From an uncultured Planctomycetaceae bacterium (GTDB lineage Bacteria; Planctomycetota; UBA8742; UBA2392; JABWBM01), in contig CAZJPQ010000015.1 in NCBI GenBank assembly GCA_964548115.1, positions 3,923-67,922 of the forward strand: a stretch of DNA of 64,000 bases, given 5' to 3'. Below the pieces are notes generated by a model. It was given only the letters and a program-made list of their open reading frames with translations. It was not told where the DNA came from and did not search any database. Both the position numbers and the translations under genes were made by a program. Within the stretch, counting starts at the first letter, position 1, and every line of letters begins with the position of its first letter. Below are positions 50,601 through 58,588 of the stretch, piece by piece.

Positions 50601-51668
50601 GAGGCCCAATCAAACCTCAATCAAAATCAGGATGCTGAAAAATCTCAGGCAGATGTCATCAAGTCCCTTGAAGATGCCATTAAAAAACTCGAAGAAATCA
50701 ATCAAGAAAGCCTTGAAGAAGATAAAGAGCTTGCTTTTGATGAGCTTGAAGAAAAACAATTTGAGCTGCGTAAAAAACTTGAAGATGTATTAGAAAACTT
50801 GAAAGACCAAAACAACCCCGAAGCCCAGCGGCGGGCTGAAAATGCTGAGCGTCGCATGCAGGGTGCTGAAAATAACCTACAACAAAAGCGGGGAGATTCT
50901 GCTTCCAAAAATCAATCAGAAGCCGAGAAAGAGCTCGAAGAAGCTGAGCGCGAGCTGCAAGAAGAGCTCAATGATTATGTCAAGCTCCAACAGGAAAAGA
51001 TGTTGCTTCAGGTTGAATCTGAACTTCGCAGCATCATCACACTTCAAGAGGAAGCTCATCAAAAAACCCTCGAAGTTGACGACGAAATCAAGAAAAATCG
51101 TGGCAGGATTCAGGGAACACTGGCTCGTCAGGTTGATCAGGTTGAAACTCAACAAAAAGAGATTAAAACCCTGGCTGAAAAAGTTATTGAAGCTCTTGAA
51201 ACCGGGAGTTATCAAAGCTTTTTGCAATCCATGCAGTGGACAGACAAAGATCTTGAAGAAATTCTCGATCTTCTCAAAGGACGCAGACCAGATACTGGCT
51301 TCTACACTCAAGGGCTTCAGCAGGACGTTATTTCACGACTCTCTCGCCTTTTAGGTGCCGTTGAAGCTGAGAGAGATCGGGTTCAAAAAGAACGAGAAAG
51401 CAACCAACAACAACAGCCTGGACAGCCCGGGCAACAAAAACCACCGCCTCTTGTCAATAAACTTGCTGAACTCGAACTCATGCGTTTAGAACAAATTGAA
51501 CTTAACAAAAAGCTCGAGGTCCTTGAGAAGAAAAATCCTGATCTTAACCGTGAAGAAATGAGCGAAGCTCAACGTAAGATCTTTGAGCGCCTGAGCACTC
51601 GTCAAGGGGAGCTTAAAGAAACCTGGAAATTCTTGGAAGAAGAATTCAAACAAGCTCTTCAACAGTAA
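47700..51668 (+). CDS. Giant secreted coiled-coil protein (~1320 aa), Q/E/A/K-rich, internally repetitive
   Basis: Start at the ATG giving a signal peptide (MQTKKALPSILAYGLGIGLASFVLSFSSFQAQEA). Essentially continuous heptad-like low-complexity sequence (LEEA..A..A..LQ.Q... recurring). Preceded by a 470-nt AT-rich leader. Alternative-frame ORFs within it are artefacts of the repetitive A-rich DNA. Confidence 0.65.
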   Translation: MQTKKALPSILAYGLGIGLASFVLSFSSFQAQEALPAEKLERKQNLEELSDVQKRTQERLKQLIQKMEKLADELSNSHDPKEVEESYRLQEAIEKLKEEQLEHLQSKVEKALQEEKLLDAIPQAKESADKLDEIIRILDGNMPLQEAEERVEKIKQTLEDIQALKAEQKEVREETEKLSSSDSQLSAQINELREQAEKLQQEQARLQNLNKENQAKSLDLKKLEEELKTLDQSEEELEKSIQELEEKVTQAEKDSLPSLEQASQKLEELLHQAELERLKNENMQALEAVNEKLQALQEQTQKTQETTKELTKDPDLSLLDKVQTAQAAQQKAYRESRSTQGQFQDNPSLIPEKTLEALQASQNQALEAIEDALKDLDAQSSQAMENAPEKAEKLEALKDTLNKAREQAEAAQKSLEKKDLENAIQNQDQALESLKQTKEGLKPENQAQAKLNSQEAQQAAVQEQARMLAEELDNVAKNLEEQALQAAQQGLEQENKSSQAQAENAHKARQALENASYKLEDSSKQVSEGSSSQSHQALQETLEAMKEAEKALKQAINQDSKESSAQKNGLEAAAQAQEKLAQEAQELLQDLQKADSLQIAPQTNLEEALSQAIEQAQTAQKSSNRELEARASKALEAFEDVLEDAKKESSERSPDSQAKTLEEAIQRAKNLAEAAGRDSAQNTKPIQEAAQQAANTLQDKLDALKSKQALESALENAQNMSKNAGEQFSKADREQAQANQKSALEALEEAQSALQKQKELAQGGSSAQNLAEKQAKITEQAKSAAEKIQNLQKGQAQANLQESSERAKAALEEASKKMEAAQEKLEQANPSKSGKQAQAGSSPEQPSAQKPSEQLKQASENTKSARQDMQKALQEMQQQLEQSQAEQSLRSEQLAKEEAMLREELAKLLEKLEETQNDLQNQAEQASSNNNSGQPGADPSLQEKLEKAAKKLSAPIEDVQNAEKSAEEAQSNLNQNQDAEKSQADVIKSLEDAIKKLEEINQESLEEDKELAFDELEEKQFELRKKLEDVLENLKDQNNPEAQRRAENAERRMQGAENNLQQKRGDSASKNQSEAEKELEEAERELQEELNDYVKLQQEKMLLQVESELRSIITLQEEAHQKTLEVDDEIKKNRGRIQGTLARQVDQVETQQKEIKTLAEKVIEALETGSYQSFLQSMQWTDKDLEEILDLLKGRRPDTGFYTQGLQQDVISRLSRLLGAVEAERDRVQKERESNQQQQPGQPGQQKPPPLVNKLAELELMRLEQIELNKKLEVLEKKNPDLNREEMSEAQRKIFERLSTRQGELKETWKFLEEEFKQALQQ

Positions 51669-51742
51669 CGTTGTTTCATGCCTTAAGTTTCCAGAACACT
51701 TGCAACGAAAGTAACTTCAAACCATTGAAACAGGAAAGACTT

Positions 51743-52726
51743 ATGAACAAGCATACATTTTTTTTTATCAGTGCATTATTTTGTCTCTGCTTTTGTTCTG
51801 CTCCACTTCTGGCAGAAGGTGAAGATGAAGACACCTCCGATCTTTCAGATAAATCGGACCAAGAGCTTGTCCAAGATCTTTTAAGACTTTTTGACGAAGT
51901 CGGCAAGAACATGGAAGAGCTTGAAGATTCGATTGCAAAAGCTTCTTTGCCGGCTCATAAACCTGATGAAATAAAAGCAACCCTCGATGCTTTCATGGAA
52001 AAGCTTCAGTCTGGTGAATTATCGGAAGTGCCTGAAAGTTTGGTGGAACGCTTTAAAGCAGAACCACAAGAGCTTGAAAAGCTGCTTGACTTAAGTTCTG
52101 AAGAGGCAAAAGAATTACTTGAAGACAACAACCAGGACCAGCTTGAAACAAAGCTTGGGGCCGTGCCTCAAAAACTTGAAGAATTGCTCAAAGAAGACGA
52201 TGTGTTCAATGATCTGCTTCATCGGCAATTCGAGATCGAGAAAAAAATGGATTCCCTCTTAAAGAAGCAAAATCAACTGGGGAAAAAGGCCAAACACAAC
52301 ATTGAAAATGCTCTAGAGCATGCCTATGAGTTACGCCGAAAATCCTCATCAAAATCCTCAGGAGATGGGCAACCTGACCAGGAAAAACAAGGAGAGCAAA
52401 AAAAGCAAGGAAAAGGGCAAGAGGAGAAGAAGAACCAGAACAACTCTCCAGGCGATCCTTCTGAAGGAGCTGAAAATGAATATGATCCTCCTGAAGGCAA
52501 AAACCCTGACCCTCTTCGCGAAAACGAGAGTCGTACTCTCAGCAAAGACATCTGGGATGTGAACAAGCTCAACAAGGAGCACGAAACAACAAAATCTGGT
52601 GATGAAACAACATCAGAGCCCAGCCGTTACAAGGGTTTCGGGAAACAATTCCGTAAAAGTGTTGGCAAACGAAGCTTGGAGCAAGATTCTAACTCCGAAA
52701 AAAAACCTTCGGAGAAAAACGACTAA
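51743..52726 (+). CDS. Secreted acidic/lysine-rich low-complexity protein (327 aa)
   Basis: Start at the ATG preceded by AGGAAAG, giving a signal peptide (MNKHTFFFISALFCLCFCSAPLLAEG). D/E-rich N-terminal half, K/E/Q-rich C-terminal half. Lies 75 nt downstream of the giant coiled-coil gene. Confidence 0.45.
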   Translation: MNKHTFFFISALFCLCFCSAPLLAEGEDEDTSDLSDKSDQELVQDLLRLFDEVGKNMEELEDSIAKASLPAHKPDEIKATLDAFMEKLQSGELSEVPESLVERFKAEPQELEKLLDLSSEEAKELLEDNNQDQLETKLGAVPQKLEELLKEDDVFNDLLHRQFEIEKKMDSLLKKQNQLGKKAKHNIENALEHAYELRRKSSSKSSGDGQPDQEKQGEQKKQGKGQEEKKNQNNSPGDPSEGAENEYDPPEGKNPDPLRENESRTLSKDIWDVNKLNKEHETTKSGDETTSEPSRYKGFGKQFRKSVGKRSLEQDSNSEKKPSEKND

Positions 52727-52746
52727 CACATCATTCAACACTTATA

Positions 52747-52777
52747 AAAAAGGGCCTCTCGAGGCCTTTTTTTATTG
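52747..52777. terminator. Bidirectional rho-independent terminator between convergent genes
   Basis: aaaaaaGGGCCTCtcgaGGCCttttttt: GC-rich hairpin flanked by an A-run on one side and a T-run on the other. It sits between the stop of the + strand secreted protein and the stop of the - strand DUF1501 gene. Confidence 0.7.
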
Positions 52778-54070
52778 GAAAAGCTCTGTAATAATCCTGC
52801 TCTCCTTATCAATATATGAAATAGGCCGGTCATTGACTTCAAACTCACGAAAAGCTTCGAAATCAAAGGCGTGGGAGAAACTCCGAAAGACATCGGGGAC
52901 ATGTATTGGATCTTGAGTAATCTTTTCGCCCCTTTCATCACTTGCACCGATAATTTTTCCGCCTTGGATTGGTCCACCGGCCAAAAGCATTGACCAAACC
53001 TGTGGGTAATGATCCCTCCCCTTGCGTTCATTAAGTTTTGGGGAACGACCAAACTCACCATAACAGGCGATCATAGTTTCCTTCAACAATCCCCGTTCTT
53101 TAAGGTCTGTAATCAGCTGGCTCAAAGCAAGATCTAACTCTGCACTCAAAGATTGAACTTTGCTATAATTATCCGCATGGGTATCCCAACCGTTTAAAGA
53201 GACTTCGACACACGTAACGCCCTCCTCGATCAAACGTCGAGCAAGCAAAACGCCTTTTCCAAAGCGCCCTTGGCCATAGCGTTCAATCTGCTCCGTTTTT
53301 TCCTGGCTCAGATCAAACGCCTTAGCCTGAGGAGAGTCCATCAACTGCTTTGCTTTTTCATAGAGAAGGGCTTGAGCATCGGGAATTGCTTTATTGCGTT
53401 TTTCTCGAAAGTGTCGATCTGCTTTTTGCCGTAAGAGTAGTCGTTTTTGCATCCTTTCTGGCGTCATGCTTGGGGCATACTCAAGGTTTTCTAACCCCTG
53501 TTCGGGATTCGTAATGAGAAGAGGGGCATAGGCCGGGCCAAGATACTCAGCCCCTCCCGGATCACCATTTATGGCAACAAAATGAGGAAGAATGCTGTCC
53601 TTGGGGCCCTTTTCTCGGCTAAGAATTGCACCAAAGCTTGGGTGCTGCACTGTTGGATTTGGAGCATAGCCAGTGTGCACGTAATAACGGGCACGCTGAT
53701 GATTTCCTTCTCGACTTTGTATCGAACGAATAATTGAAAAGTTTTCAGCCTTCTGGGCTAATTTTGGGAAAAACTCCGAAAGCTGAATGCCATCAACAGA
53801 AGTCGCAATTTGTCGAGGTAAATTGGGATCTGTTGTGTTTTTAGGATCAAAAGTATCAAGATGTGAAGGACCACCTTGCAGAAAAAGGATGATCAAATGC
53901 TTGGCTTTTCCTTTACCAGCAAGAGAAGACTTTGTTTTTGGTTCCTCTGCTTGAAGGTCAAGAGAAGGAGTGTGAAGCCAATCTGGAACCAGACAAAGAG
54001 CACCTGTGCTTAGTGCTTGAGCAAGAAAACGACGACGTGAATGATTAATATTCTCTCGAAAATCGCTCAT
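52772..54070 (-). CDS. DUF1501-family protein (sulfatase / alkaline-phosphatase-like fold) with twin-arginine signal peptide
   Basis: TAT motif SRRRFLAQALSTGAL at the N-terminus. DUF1501 signature LFLQGGPSHLDTFDPK and the conserved C-terminal DHYP region. This family is characteristic of Planctomycetes and Verrucomicrobia. Confidence 0.8.
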   Translation of the reverse strand: MSDFRENINHSRRRFLAQALSTGALCLVPDWLHTPSLDLQAEEPKTKSSLAGKGKAKHLIILFLQGGPSHLDTFDPKNTTDPNLPRQIATSVDGIQLSEFFPKLAQKAENFSIIRSIQSREGNHQRARYYVHTGYAPNPTVQHPSFGAILSREKGPKDSILPHFVAINGDPGGAEYLGPAYAPLLITNPEQGLENLEYAPSMTPERMQKRLLLRQKADRHFREKRNKAIPDAQALLYEKAKQLMDSPQAKAFDLSQEKTEQIERYGQGRFGKGVLLARRLIEEGVTCVEVSLNGWDTHADNYSKVQSLSAELDLALSQLITDLKERGLLKETMIACYGEFGRSPKLNERKGRDHYPQVWSMLLAGGPIQGGKIIGASDERGEKITQDPIHVPDVFRSFSHAFDFEAFREFEVNDRPISYIDKESRIITELFQ

Positions 54071-54290
54071 TATTTTTGCTTTCCAAATAAGAGTGCTCTC
54101 TTAAAAACCTATGAAACCCCAAAAGATGAAACGATCTTCATGCCTTTCATATAACAAAAAAATATATTTGTTACGCTTTTGCTCTCTCGTTGGCAAACGC
54201 TTTGATAAAAATAATCGATTTTCAGGATTTTGAGGGAGAGAGAGACTTGACCCGTTTAAAATAATCTCTAGCATGGTACATCTTGAAATT

Positions 54291-54377
54291 GCCGAGGTGG
54301 CGGAATTGGTAGACGCGCTACGTTGAGGGCGTAGTACTCTTTGGAGTGTGAGGGTTCAAGTCCCTCCCTCGGCACCA
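54291..54377 (+). tRNA. tRNA-Leu (anticodon GAG), type II, encoded CCA
   Basis: GCCGAGGTGGCGGAATTGGTAGACGCGCTACGTTGAGGGCGTAGTACTCTTTGGAGTGTGAGGGTTCAAGTCCCTCCCTCGGCACCA. Anticodon stem CTACG/CGTAG with loop TTGAGGG, long variable arm, T-arm GGGTTCAAGTCCC. Confidence 0.85.
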
Positions 54378-54446
54378 GCCCTTGATTTTTAAAATCACAT
54401 TTTTTTATTCCGTTGAAAATGGGCGTGCTCATTGAAGATTTAAAGG

Positions 54447-55343
54447 CTAAAGCTCAAAAGCTTTGAGCTCTTTGAGTTCATGGGAGGTCGTGTAACGATT
54501 TTTTTCATCACGTTTGACTTCAGCTAAAGCATATTCAGCGTCATGGGTAAAGAAAAGACGAATATGGCGCCCAAGCATATCATCTAAAAAAGCTTCTTTC
54601 TCATTAATCAAAAGCTCCGGGTAACGATCATAGCCCATGGTAATCGGGACATGCACCCAAGCTCGTCCAGGAATAAGATCACCGCAAAAAACAACGCCCC
54701 CACCTGTCTGAGGCCCGATTTCTGAGAGCATTAAACCGGGAGTGTGCCCATCACTAAAGTGAAAGCGCAAGCTATCTCCAAAAAGAGATGTTTCTTGACT
54801 GGCAATCAATTCAAGACGACCGCTTTTCTCGAGCAGACTGTTAAGATGAGGAATAAACGAAGCTCGATCCCGCTTATGAGGGTTTTGAGCCCGCTCCCAA
54901 GCCGCTTTGCTCACCCAAAACTGAGCGTTTGGAAAGAGTAACTCAGGCTCCCGGCCTTCCTGATAAGGGCTGAGCAACCCCCCAGCATGATCAAAATGCA
55001 AGTGACTCAAAACAACAACATCAATATCTTCATGTGTAAAACCCCGCTCTTGGAGCGAAGTCAGCAAAACATGCTGATCTTCAAGCACTCCAAAACGCTC
55101 TTTCAGGCTCGGCTCGAAAAAAGCACCAATGCCTGTTTCAAAAAGGACTCGTTTTCCCGCAAGCTCTTCGACCAAAAGCGCTCGACAAGCCAGAGGAATA
55201 CGATTGAGCTCATCAGGCTGAATCCAACGCTGCCACAAGGCTTTGGGAGCATTACCAAACATCGCTCCTCCATCGAGCATTTGACGATTTCCTTCTAGCG
55301 AATGAAGTATAGGCATGGCTAAAATATCCCTGATTGAGATCAC
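54447..55343 (-). CDS. MBL-fold metallo-hydrolase
   Basis: Metallo-beta-lactamase motif HLHFDHAGG plus downstream His/Asp ligands. 298 aa. Confidence 0.75.
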   Translation of the reverse strand: MISIRDILAMPILHSLEGNRQMLDGGAMFGNAPKALWQRWIQPDELNRIPLACRALLVEELAGKRVLFETGIGAFFEPSLKERFGVLEDQHVLLTSLQERGFTHEDIDVVVLSHLHFDHAGGLLSPYQEGREPELLFPNAQFWVSKAAWERAQNPHKRDRASFIPHLNSLLEKSGRLELIASQETSLFGDSLRFHFSDGHTPGLMLSEIGPQTGGGVVFCGDLIPGRAWVHVPITMGYDRYPELLINEKEAFLDDMLGRHIRLFFTHDAEYALAEVKRDEKNRYTTSHELKELKAFEL

Positions 55344-55478
55344 GTTTTTATCAAAAATAAGTTTTGCTCTTAATAAGAAACAGGACCTATCTTAACCAGC
55401 GAGCTACACCATGAAAAGTTTTATACCGAAGGATTTCCTTCATCATGGTAAAGAACACAGCAATCTCTAGGGCTCAAA

Positions 55479-55964
55479 TCAGATCCCATCTTGAAGGTAT
55501 TCTGCCCCTCGAGGAAAGTCTTCTTTCCAATCTTGAAACAGCTGCTGACGAAGGCGAGGGGGATAAAAAGGATATTCACAAAGTTTGCTGAGAGACAGCC
55601 AGCCATGTTCTGTTGCAAAGTTGTCAGTTTTTAAACCGCGGCTTGGTTCGCCCTTAAAAGAAAGAATCTCAAAAAAAAGCTCAAGCTGGTGAAAATCCTT
55701 TGAAAGTCCGCCAAAGAGACGCTTCTGACTTGCGCCCCGAAGTTCGCGAACGTAGCGTAGCGCTCCAACTTGAACATCAATACCAAGCTCTTCAAAAATC
55801 TCACGCTGAAGACCTTTTTCCAAGCTCTCTCCTTTTTGAATTCCTCCTCCAGGAATGGTACACCAAAGATCTTGCCTGTCCTGGTAATACTGCACAAGAA
55901 GCTTCTCTTCTCGAATAATAATACCCCGAGCAGCAACACGAATATAAGGAAAATCACTGGCCAT
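55479..55964 (-). CDS. NUDIX hydrolase
   Basis: Nudix box GGIQKGESLEKGLQREIFEELGI. Start set at the internal ATG (MASDFPY); the longer ORF start would overlap the upstream gene by 44 nt. Confidence 0.7.
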   Translation of the reverse strand: MASDFPYIRVAARGIIIREEKLLVQYYQDRQDLWCTIPGGGIQKGESLEKGLQREIFEELGIDVQVGALRYVRELRGASQKRLFGGLSKDFHQLELFFEILSFKGEPSRGLKTDNFATEHGWLSLSKLCEYPFYPPRLRQQLFQDWKEDFPRGAEYLQDGI

Positions 55965-57030
55965 AGTCAATTGAACGCAGTTGTTCTTCTGAATCAAAAG
56001 TAAAACGAAGCTTTGAATCCTTGTCTAATAGAAGTTCAAGGAAAATCGAACCGTGATATTTCCTTCTTTGAAGATCATTCAAGGCAATTTTGGGATGAAG
56101 GATAAATTGAAGCTTCTCGGCTTGAAGTTTTTCTTGCAAAGAGGCTAAATCAAGAGGCAAAGGAATAGCCTTCTCCCGACGAGGCAGCATAAGTTTCCAG
56201 GGTTTTTTTTGTTCAGGACTTTTTTCCAACCTTGAAAAAGAAAGCTTTATCTTCTTCACTCGATCTTCTTTACCGAAGAGCTCAAGTCCTAGGTCGTTGA
56301 AACGCACCTGTTCTCCCTGGGCAAAGACGGCAGGCTGATGGTGCTGCTCTTCAAGTTTTTTAACTTGAGCTTCAAAATAATCATTCACTTCGATACCTGA
56401 AAAAGAAGGTTTCGGAAAAAGCTTTATGACGTAATCATCTTTTTCCTCGCTCAGCACAATAAAAAAGAGCCCAATAAGAACAAGCAATGGCCCCAAAACA
56501 AATAGCCATTCATAGCGCCTTTTAAACTTTTGCTCTTCACTGGAAAAATCTGAGACCTTTGCACTGACCTTACGCCCACGCTCTTCTTTGCGAGCAGCTG
56601 CTCGCGGGTCTGGCTTAATTGTCGCCGTCTCTAAAGGAGCCTCTTCCTCGGCTTCAGAATCAAGAGTTAATACGGCAACCAGAACTTCCTCTTCGTCCTG
56701 CTCTTGATCTTGTGTTTGGGATTTTTCCCTACTTGGAGCAATATATGATTTCAATTCTTCTTTGTTATCAGCAGCAAGTGGGACAGATTTCTCTTGAGAT
56801 TGCACAAGCCTGTTTCGGCTGCTTTGGCGCTCTTGATCAGCAAGAACTAAGGCATGTTTTTGCTGCTGGACGAAAAAAGCTTTTCTTTTTTCCAGAGTCG
56901 CTTTTTGGGCAGCATTTAAATCGTGATTTTCAGCACACGTTTGCAAAATGACAAAGGCCTCTTCATAATTGCCCGCCTTGCCAGCCTGATCAGCCTCTCG
57001 GATAAGATTAAGAAAAGTTACAATGTCCAT
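55954..57030 (-). CDS. Hypothetical bitopic membrane protein (cytoplasmic acidic N-terminus, one TM, periplasmic C-terminal domain)
   Basis: TM helice WLFVLGPLLVLIGLFFIVL at residues ~175-195. No known motifs. Confidence 0.4.
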   Translation of the reverse strand: MDIVTFLNLIREADQAGKAGNYEEAFVILQTCAENHDLNAAQKATLEKRKAFFVQQQKHALVLADQERQSSRNRLVQSQEKSVPLAADNKEELKSYIAPSREKSQTQDQEQDEEEVLVAVLTLDSEAEEEAPLETATIKPDPRAAARKEERGRKVSAKVSDFSSEEQKFKRRYEWLFVLGPLLVLIGLFFIVLSEEKDDYVIKLFPKPSFSGIEVNDYFEAQVKKLEEQHHQPAVFAQGEQVRFNDLGLELFGKEDRVKKIKLSFSRLEKSPEQKKPWKLMLPRREKAIPLPLDLASLQEKLQAEKLQFILHPKIALNDLQRRKYHGSIFLELLLDKDSKLRFTFDSEEQLRSIDYGQ

Positions 57031-57196
57031 AGCTCTCGAATTTTCACGGTTATAAGCTGCTCAACTTTTCTCTGGATAAAAAATGTGCAAGCACAAACCC
57101 TCAACGTTTTGAATTTTTATAATTGTACCACACTTTTTTTGAATTGCACTGGCCTCTCGTACTTTCTTCTGAAAAGCTGAAAGTGTCACACTTTTC

Positions 57197-57757
57197 CTAA
57201 GGGGCATGAGCAATCTTTTCAAGAAGCGTCTGATACTTCTCTTCAAGCTCCTGAGAAAAAGGACGCGAATCGAGGCGATTCACAAGCAACTCAATCGCCG
57301 GTTCATAACGCCCCTCAAGATAATAGGTCAAAGCCAAGTCGTAACGGAGCTGCCCAAGAAAGACAAAGGACTCTGAAGCATCGCTATGAAGAAGAGCTTG
57401 CCGATACCAGAAACGAGCTTCTAAAATTAAAAAAAGCTTCTTTCGTTCCTTACTAAGAGACATCTCTTTTTTTTGTGCTTCAAGAAATGCATCACCAATA
57501 TGCTTTGCTAAATGACAATCCTGACTGCGAGTTCCCCACAGAGCTCTGATGAGCTCAAGATCATCAGAGGGCAGCTGTACAATTTCACGGGTCGCACTCA
57601 GGCGTTCTGCTTCATGCTGTGAAACAGCTCTATCAAAAAGCTGCTCAAGAAACGCTTGATGAAAGACTTGAGGAGGAGGAGCTTCAGGGGGTTCTGATTG
57701 AGAAGAACACGCTAAAACACCACAACTTATACACCCATAAAAACAAAACAGCTTCAT
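57197..57757 (-). CDS. Hypothetical lipoprotein
   Basis: Internal start giving a lipoprotein signal (MKLFCFYGCISCGVLAC-S lipobox). The longer upstream ORF extension lacks signal logic. Confidence 0.4.
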   Translation of the reverse strand: MKLFCFYGCISCGVLACSSQSEPPEAPPPQVFHQAFLEQLFDRAVSQHEAERLSATREIVQLPSDDLELIRALWGTRSQDCHLAKHIGDAFLEAQKKEMSLSKERKKLFLILEARFWYRQALLHSDASESFVFLGQLRYDLALTYYLEGRYEPAIELLVNRLDSRPFSQELEEKYQTLLEKIAHAP

Positions 57758-58019
57758 ATGAAGCACAAACTTGCTTTCGAGCTTACGCTGATCATAGAGC
57801 TTCAAAAGGAGTCGGGCGTTGATGTATTTCTGCCCTACCAGAAAAGCCTTGCTCACCCAAGTTTTCAAGAAAGAGCACAAAGAAGAACACAAGAAAGAGT
57901 ATAAAGAAGAAAAAAGGAAAGGTCTCATGCTGCCCTCTCAAAGCCCATAAACTTCAATTATGCGCATAACTACAACGGAATAAAAACTTGAAAATTTGAG
58001 ATTATTCTGAGGCTTTTCA

Positions 58020-58559
58020 TTAATAGCGCTCGGGGTGCTCAAGCTTATCAGCATAAGAAAACCAATAAATAAATTCATTTGGCACTAAAGCATCAAATCC
58101 TTCGACAACGATATATTTCCAGCCCTCAGGTAAATAATCGTCAAAAGGTGTAAAGGGGTTGCGGTCAGGATTTTCATAAGCAACAAGCTCATCAAAATCA
58201 TAAAGCAGTACAGGCAAACAAGCACCCAGAGAAGCATGAAGCTCCAGGTAATCCATCTTCTCCAGCTTTTTTTGAATGGCTCCCGGAGAAATCATAGCAT
58301 GCTTTTCAAACCACTCGAGCACATCAAGCACATCAACCTTGCGAATAGGACAGATACGTTTTCCCTTGAAACGGCCATCCTTGCGAGCCTCCAGCTTTTT
58401 TTGATCCTTTTGGCCATAGATACAATAAATGTTAGCATCAAGCACCCAGGCTTCATAATCGGCCTGGTAAAGGCCTATTTTATTCTGAAACTTGATAAAA
58501 CCAGTAACAGGATAGGTTTGAGATGTTATTGCTTTGTTCTTCATAATCGCATCCTTCAC
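58020..58559 (-). CDS. Hypothetical cytoplasmic protein (179 aa)
   Basis: 29 nt downstream of the large cyclophilin-lipoprotein gene on the same strand. No recognisable motif. Confidence 0.4.
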   Translation of the reverse strand: MKDAIMKNKAITSQTYPVTGFIKFQNKIGLYQADYEAWVLDANIYCIYGQKDQKKLEARKDGRFKGKRICPIRKVDVLDVLEWFEKHAMISPGAIQKKLEKMDYLELHASLGACLPVLLYDFDELVAYENPDRNPFTPFDDYLPEGWKYIVVEGFDALVPNEFIYWFSYADKLEHPERY

Positions 58560-58588
58560 AGCAGCATATGAACCATATTTTTCAAGAA

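Noticed and set aside
50008-51354. Long K-rich ORFs in alternative frames and on the opposite strand inside the giant coiled-coil gene (50008..50793, 50842..51354, 50916..51311 and others)
   Set aside because: These are artefacts of the A/G-rich, highly repetitive codon usage of the 1320-aa gene. They have no independent start context and are nested entirely in a stronger ORF.
54457-54473. Perfect palindrome GCTCAAAAGCTTTGAGC near the tRNA-Leu(GAG) gene
   Set aside because: It lies inside the last codons of the MBL-hydrolase gene (…[10 protein letters not shown]) and arises from repeated Glu-Leu-Lys codons, so it is not an intergenic regulatory site. The AT-only GATTTTTAAAATC hairpin at 54387..54399 could be a weak bidirectional terminator but is too AT-rich to call.
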